38,556 nucleotides of DNA, taken from the NCBI RefSeq assembly GCF_004010195.1, contig NC_057723.1:7723095-7761650 (forward strand). Direction: 5' to 3'. The stretch is from Chiloscyllium plagiosum (Eukaryota). This document shows, piece after piece, positions 32,623-38,556 of the stretch. Numbering within the stretch: the stretch's first letter is position 1; the number at the start of each line of letters is the position of its first letter. The translations under genes were made by a program, and so were the position numbers. Below the pieces are notes generated by a model, which had not been told where the DNA came from, made no database searches, and was given only the letters and a program-made list of their open reading frames with translations.

Positions 32623-33312
32623 TGTTATGACATGGGATAAACCCCCCCTGTTAATTTTAAACCAACACCACAGAAAAGATTTATCCCATGCAGTAATCTG
32701 TGAAAATTCGAGAGGCCCTAGAACAAGTCAAAGTAAAAAGAAACAATTTTATTTCGTAAAGTATAACAGACAATAATTAACTAACTATTTACAACTCCTT
32801 CCTCTAACCTATCTTTTATTTTCTATAATACTAATCCAATAAAACCCCCGATTAAGATTTACCAAAAGTCAAATTTCAGATCCAGCCAGCTGTCGAATCT
32901 TCCCTCTGTAGATTTGCTCTCTAGGTTGGTGTCGATGTTTTTTCTCTGTGTAAACTCCTTCTCTAGACTGGTCCCTCTCAGAGATTTCTCACTAGCAGCC
33001 TACATTTGTTGGTCTTTTAGCAGTTCTCCCCGAACTGTTCAATTTTTCCTGGTCTTATATCCCTAAAACATTGGATTGTGCCATTGGCTTTTAATATTGT
33101 CAACATACTAAATTAAAATTTGATTGGAGTTTGGAGTATAATTTAAATTGATTGGCCTAGTTCAAGTTTGGTTTTGTCTCCAGGCAACCAGCTACACTGG
33201 CTGCTGGACCAAAAGGGTACATTATATCATGTTCAGAACACTTGGTGCTGTCAGGTAGTTCGGCTAGTTTTTAACTCTCTTTAAGGTACAGTACACCCAC
33301 ATCTTCATAACA
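32623..33312 (-). mobile_element. Solo LTR-like element (690 bp)
   Basis: Termini TGTTATGA...TCATAACA (8-bp inverted, TG..CA); minus strand shows four CCAAT (33070-33156), a TATA-like GATATAAG (~33053-33061) and AATAAA downstream; the TSD is imperfect (aagg/aaag). Confidence 0.65.
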
Positions 33313-34614
33313 AAAGTCAGAGGAAAAGAACATGACAGTTTCTCTCCTGTATGTGACATTACTCCTCTCCCCTTTACACCATTACATCTTGCTGTTTGGT
33401 TCATTGTTGGGACATTAGTGACATGTGCAAGATCCAGGATTTATTGCCCCATCCCTAACTGCCCCTGGCATGGGGGAGGAGGACTGCAGAGCTACTATTT
33501 TAGAACACACAGTCCATCTGCTCCTGAATCCTCATCTGTGCTTGGGTTACCCTCCACATTTCCCAATTCTAATGCCCCACATGACCAGCTTCATATTGTG
33601 TAAACTTGATGTCATCCATATCCCTGTGGCTTGGATTCACACTCACTCCTGTCCACTCCCACCCACTGATCTCCATTGGATCTCTGCATGACGACCGCTC
33701 AACTACAGAATTCTAATCCTTGTTTTGCAAATACTCTTCATCGGCTTACCCTCCATATCTGTGTCACCTCCTCCAGGCCTGCACCTCCTTGAGATCTGCC
33801 CAACTCTGGCCTTTTGCTCATCCCTGAGTTTAATTGTTTCCTTGTACTTTCAGCTGCCTAGGCCCTGAACTCTGGAACCATTTCCTGAGTCTCTCGATCT
33901 CGTGCTCCTTCTTTAACATGCTCTTCGAAACCCCTCCAACTAAGGCCTGTGTCTTCCTCTGGATTTGTGTCCGCACGTTGGCTACAGAGAATTAGTTTCT
34001 GGAATCTGATTTTTAAAGATGGCTGCCTTATCATTGGAGGGGGAGTGTTAGTGGGAATCTGTGGAGTGAGCTACAATGGAAGTTAGTGAAGGAGACCCAA
34101 GGAGCCGCGATGCTCTCCCTGTTTCCTCATCATGATCTCAAAATCTGCGCCTGGTAGAAAAGCAAATTGGAGAAATTACTGTTTATTGAGAAACGTCTCT
34201 TTATTGAGAATCTGTTCATGATAAAAATCAACCATGTGGTCTCAACTTAAAATCTAACATCTCAAATACTCCAAGAAACTGTGTCGCCCTACATTTCTAA
34301 TGCTCTCTCCTTCTTAAACTTATCACCTGTGTTTGTGTCTGTTCAATGTCACATTTTATCATTTTTCTTAGGGTTAGTATGTAATAAAATTCGTCCTTCT
34401 TGTACTCAGAAAAACATTAGTATTTATGACTGATTTGTCAAACTTGAAGTGGAACAGCTGTGTGCTTAAATAAAAATCTTTGTTATGATCGACCGAGAGG
34501 GGACAAAAAAGAGATGAGCTGATTTAGCGCCTCCCCGGTCTGAACTACATGTGACTCCAGACCCACAGACCCACCCAGCTCTGAAATGGCCAAGCAAGCC
34601 TCTCGGTTAAGACC

Positions 34615-35515
34615 ATTAGACAGGAGCAGAAATAGGCTTATTGTGTCTATGTTGTATGATATGACAACCCTCCACTCTACCTTCCTGTCTTAACACTTGA
34701 TTCCCTTACTGATTAAAAATCTGTCTCAGCCTTGAATGTTCTCAATGACCCAGGTTCAACAGCCCTCTCTGGCAAAGAGTTCCACAGAGTCACTACATTC
34801 TGAGAGAAGGAATTCCTTCTCATCTTCCTCTTAAATGTATGAGCCCTTATTCTGAGATGATGCCCTCAGATCCTCGACTCTCCTACAAGGGGAAGCAATC
34901 TTTCCACATCTACCTTGTCAAGTTCTCTAAGAATCTTGTATATTTCAATAAGTTTGCCCCGTATTATGTATTCCAATGAGTACAGGCCCAAACTACTCAA
35001 CCTCCCCTCAGAAGACAATGCTTCCATATCTGGTATCCGCCTGATGAACCTTCCTTTGGTCTGCCTCTGGAATACCTTTCCTTAGATGAGGGGCTGAAAA
35101 TGGTCCATGGTATTCCGACCAGTGCATTGTACAGTTTTAGTGAGACCTCCCTATCTTTATACTCCATTCACTTCGAAATAACAACTAAACTTCCATTTGT
35201 CATTTCTGTTCTCCGCTGACCTCACCCTTTGTGATTTATGCACAAGGATCCCCAAATCCTTCAGTGCTGCATTCCTTCCTCATTTAAATAATATTCATCT
35301 CTTCTATTCTTCCTCCCAACGTGCATAGCCTTACTTTGTCCCACATTATTTTCCATCTGCTCAGGTTTTGCCATTCACTTAATCTGTCTCTATCCCTTTG
35401 AAGACTCTATGTGTTGTCCTCACCACTAGTCTTTCCACTTTATTGTTGTGTCTTCCATAAACATGACTATAGTGCATTCACTTTCCTCATCCACATTATT
35501 TATATTTTTATCAAT
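34615..35515 (-). mobile_element. Old CR1 LINE 3' region
   Basis: Minus strand has degenerate ORF2 motifs (ctgtacaatgcactggtcggaataccatggacc..., ttctctcagaatgtagtgactctgtggaactctttgcca) and the aggagcagaaataggc tail. Confidence 0.75.
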
Positions 35516-37770
35516 AATTGTGGCCCCAGCACATTGAAGATACCCTCCATTGTGGGATTAACCATCATGGTAAATGGGATAGAATTCAAACAAATGTAGA
35601 AGTTGAAGACTGGGCATCCACGAGGCACTGTGGGCCATCCACCGCAGCAGAACTGTACTCCAGCACAATCTGTAACCTCATGGCCCGGCATATCCCCCAC
35701 TCAACCATTACCATCAAGACAGGGGATCAACCCTGGGTCAATGGAGAGTGCATCAGCGCATGCCAGGAGCAGCAGTAGGCATAACTAATAATGAGGTGCC
35801 AAACTGGTGAAGCTACCAAACAGGGCTAGTTGCATGCCAAACAGCATTTATTGCAAATGATAGACAGAGCTAGGCGATCGCATAACCAATGGATCAGATC
35901 TAAATTCTGTAGTTCTGCCACATCCAGTTATGAATGGTTATGGACAATTGAACGACTCACTGGAGGAGAAGACTTCACAAATATCTCCATCCTCAATGAT
36001 GGAAGAGCCCAGCACTCAGTGCCAAACATGAGGCCGAAGCTTGCGCAGCTATCTTGGCCAGAAGTGCTGAGTGAGTGAACTATCTCAGCCTCCTCCTGTG
36101 ATCTCACTTCACATGACGTGAAAAACAGCTGAAGGTACTTGACAGTGCAAAAGCTATGGGCCCTGACACAATCTGGCAATAGGACTGAAGACTTGTGCTT
36201 GAGAGATTGCCGCTCCCCTAGCCAAGTTGCTCCAGTAAAGCTACAGTACTGGTATCTACGTAATAATGTGGTAAATTGCCCAGGTATGTCCTGTACGCAC
36301 AAAGCAGGACAAATCCAACCTGGCCAATTACTGCCCCACCAGTCTACTCTTGATCAATACCTCGTCAGCAATAACCTGGTCAGTGACACCCAGTTTGGGT
36401 TCTGCCAGGGCCACTCAGCTCCTGATCTCATTACAGCCTTGGTTCAAGCATGGATGAAAGCATTGAATTCCAGATGGGGAGGTGAGAGTGAGAGCTCTTG
36501 ACATCAAGGCTGAATTCGACTGAGTGTGGCATCCAGAAGCCCTAGCAAAATTGGAGTCAATGGGTATCAGGGGGCAAGCTCTTCACTAGTTAGCATCATA
36601 TCTGACACACAGGAAGATGGTTGTGCTTGATGGAGTCAGTCATTTCAGCGGAGGAGAAAGTGAGGTCTGCAGATGCTGGAGATCAGAGCTGGAAATGTGT
36701 TGCTGGAAAAGCGCAGCAGGTCAGGCAGCATCCAGGGAATAGGAGAGTCGACGTGAAGAAGGGCTTATGCCCTAAACGTCGACTCTCCTATTCCCTGGAT
36801 GCTGCCTGACCTGCTGCGCTTTTCCAGCAACACATTTCCAGCTCAGTCATTTCAGCTCCAGGACATCTCTCCAAGAGTTCCTCACCATAATGTCCTCGGC
36901 CCAACTATCTTCAGCTGCTTCACCAATGACCTTCCTTCATAATAAGTTCAGAGGTGGGGATGTTCACTGATGATTGCACAATGTTCAGCACCATTCGCAA
37001 CTCCTCAGACACTAAAAGAGTCCATTTCCATAATTGAAAGACTTCCTCAACTTTCAGATTTGGGTTATTAAGAAACAATTAACATTCATTCCACACAAGT
37101 TCCAGGCAATGACCATCTCAAATGAAGGAGAATCCAACCAACACTTCTTGATATTCAATGGCATTATCACTATCAACATCCTGGGGTTACCATTGACCAG
37201 AAACTAAACTGGACCTGCCATATATGCGCTGTGGTTTCAAGAGCAGGTCAGAGGTTAGGAACCCCGCAGTGAATAACTTATCTCCTGACTTCTGACAGCT
37301 AGCCTAATCTAGAAGGCATAAGGCAGGTGTGTGATGGAATAGTCCTCACTTGCCTGGATGAGTACAGCCATCAATCAGTGAGCTCAAAACCATCCAAGAC
37401 AGAACAACCTGCTTTACTGGCATCTCATCTCCAGCAGCACCAATGCTTAATAGCAGCAGTGTACACTGTCTACAGGATGCACTGCAAACAACTCTCCAAG
37501 GCTCTTTAGACAGCACCTTCCAAAACTGTAACCACTACCATCCAGAAGGATTAGGGCAGAAGATAACTAGGAACAACACCTCCTCGAAGCCACTCACCAT
37601 TCTGTCTTGGAAATATATCACTGTTCTGTTAATGTCGCGGGGTCAAAATCCTGGAACTCCCTCTCTAACAACATTGTGATTTCACTTGTTCCCCATGGAC
37701 TGTTGTGGTTCAAGAGTTCACCACCAACTTCTCAAATACAGTTGTGAATGGATGATAAATGTTGCCCACA
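35516..37770 (+). mobile_element. Degenerate non-LTR LINE with reverse transcriptase remnants (CR1/L2/Jockey-group; clade not resolved)
   Basis: YLVSNNLVSDTQFGFCQGHSAPDLITALVQAW, LDIKAEFD, degenerate VP..VLGPTIFSCFTNDL and MFTDD (ADD motif); multiple stops and frameshifts. Confidence 0.88.
36650..36844. mobile_element. Family B Penelope-like palindromic insertion nested in the LINE RT
   Basis: Perfect 69-bp inverted arms 36686-36754 and 36776-36844; direct repeat tcagtcatttcagc at 36636-36649 and 36843-36856. Confidence 0.9.
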
Positions 37771-38165
37771 ACCTGGGAATCGTGTCATTTTTAAAGATGT
37801 AAAATTGGAATTTCAGTTCAGGTAGTCCATTTTATTTCACATTTGTTTCTTGAACTTGCCTTAATCTTTTGGTCAAGGTGAATGCTGCAGCCATCCAGGG
37901 TCAGTGTTTACCCCTTAAAAGCCATTTTAGTGAATGAAAGGCCTCAGCGATTAAAATCAGATGATGGAAATTGAAAATTGAAGTTGAAAATCTAGCACTA
38001 TTGTGATTCTTCCACACCACAGAGTAGAATCACAAACAATATTTCTCCTTTTTGTTTACAATGTCAATATGAAACATGTAAAAACTGCGTCGTTTGGTGA
38101 TTTTTACAAGTGTGGACTGAAATAAGAAAGAATTGTTTCAAAAACAATGTTCTGAAGGAATGTCT

Positions 38166-38263
38166 GTGTAGTGATGGTACCTAAGCCAGGGTGGGTCTTA
38201 TTGACTGTGAGACCCCTGATTGGGATTGTTAACCTGGGCCAATTAGGGAGCCCTGGCTGACAG
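38166..38263 (+). mobile_element. Possible 5' part of an LTR, cut by the Tx1-like insertion
   Basis: Starts TGTAGTGAT, contains ATTGG/CCAAT, then switches abruptly to GC-rich LINE coding sequence; weak evidence. Confidence 0.35.
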
Positions 38264-38267
38264 AGGA

Positions 38268-38556
38268 TTCTCAAAAACCTCCTTCTCTGTTTTTGGCTAC
38301 ACTTCAGGCCCACGCTCCTGATCTTCGGATACCGGTACGGAGGAGGGAGGGCAGATCTGAAGACCTCCTCGTGGGTGTGCTCCTGGGCCTGGCCAAATTA
38401 GCCATTAACAGGTCCAGGCAGCGGGCCATGGAGGGGGTCGTTAGGGCCGACTGCCTGCCCCTCTTCCGTGGTTACGTTAGAGCCCGGGTGTCCTTGGAGA
38501 AGGAGCACGCGGTGTCCACCAACACCCTGGAGTTGTTCAGGGAGAGGTGCGCGCCG
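38268..38556 (+). mobile_element. Tx1-like (L1 clade) retrotransposon ORF2 C-terminal fragment, runs off the window
   Basis: EDLLVGVLLGLAKLAINRSRQRAMEGVVRADCLPLFRGYVRARVSLEKEHAVSTNTLELFRERCAP resembles the Tx1 ORF2 C-terminus; GC- and CpG-rich relative to its flank. Confidence 0.75.

Noticed and set aside
1-38556. CRISPR arrays, operons, or neighbouring genes such as RPS14/TCOF1
   Set aside because: Spliced vertebrate locus; no regularly spaced repeat-spacer array and no recognisable exons of another host gene were seen.

Overview
Eukaryotic, repeat-rich vertebrate DNA. The HE1-type V-SINEs and CR1/HER1-type LINE tails point to a cartilaginous fish, probably a shark (inference). The window holds one complete + strand gene, CD74 (MHC class II invariant chain, Ii). 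I assembled it by hand as 10 GT-AG coding exons with consistent phases: 4626-4726, 11240-11418, 14393-14475, 15821-15883, 17554-17649, 18657-18777, 20288-20371, 23185-23379, 25794-25838 and 27761-27768 (975 nt, 324 aa). It has an NF-kB/Ets/CCAAT promoter and a likely poly(A) signal at 29072. The rest is mostly SINE, LINE, LTR and Penelope-like debris. Main observations: (1) an extra symmetric 84-nt exon after the trimerization domain encodes a second CLIP-like peptide, with no counterpart in the mammalian CD74 exon plan; (2) three consecutive phase-1 cassette exons; (3) a thyroglobulin-1 domain with an odd seventh Cys (CWCC); (4) three families of short, often palindromic, TSD-flanked repeats carrying minimal hammerhead-ribozyme cores with a palindromic tetramer in place of helix III; (5) a compact NF-kB/IRF/NF-kB cluster in intron 1. 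Repeat boundaries are approximate unless a TSD or inverted-repeat end is quoted. No database search or RNA folding was run.
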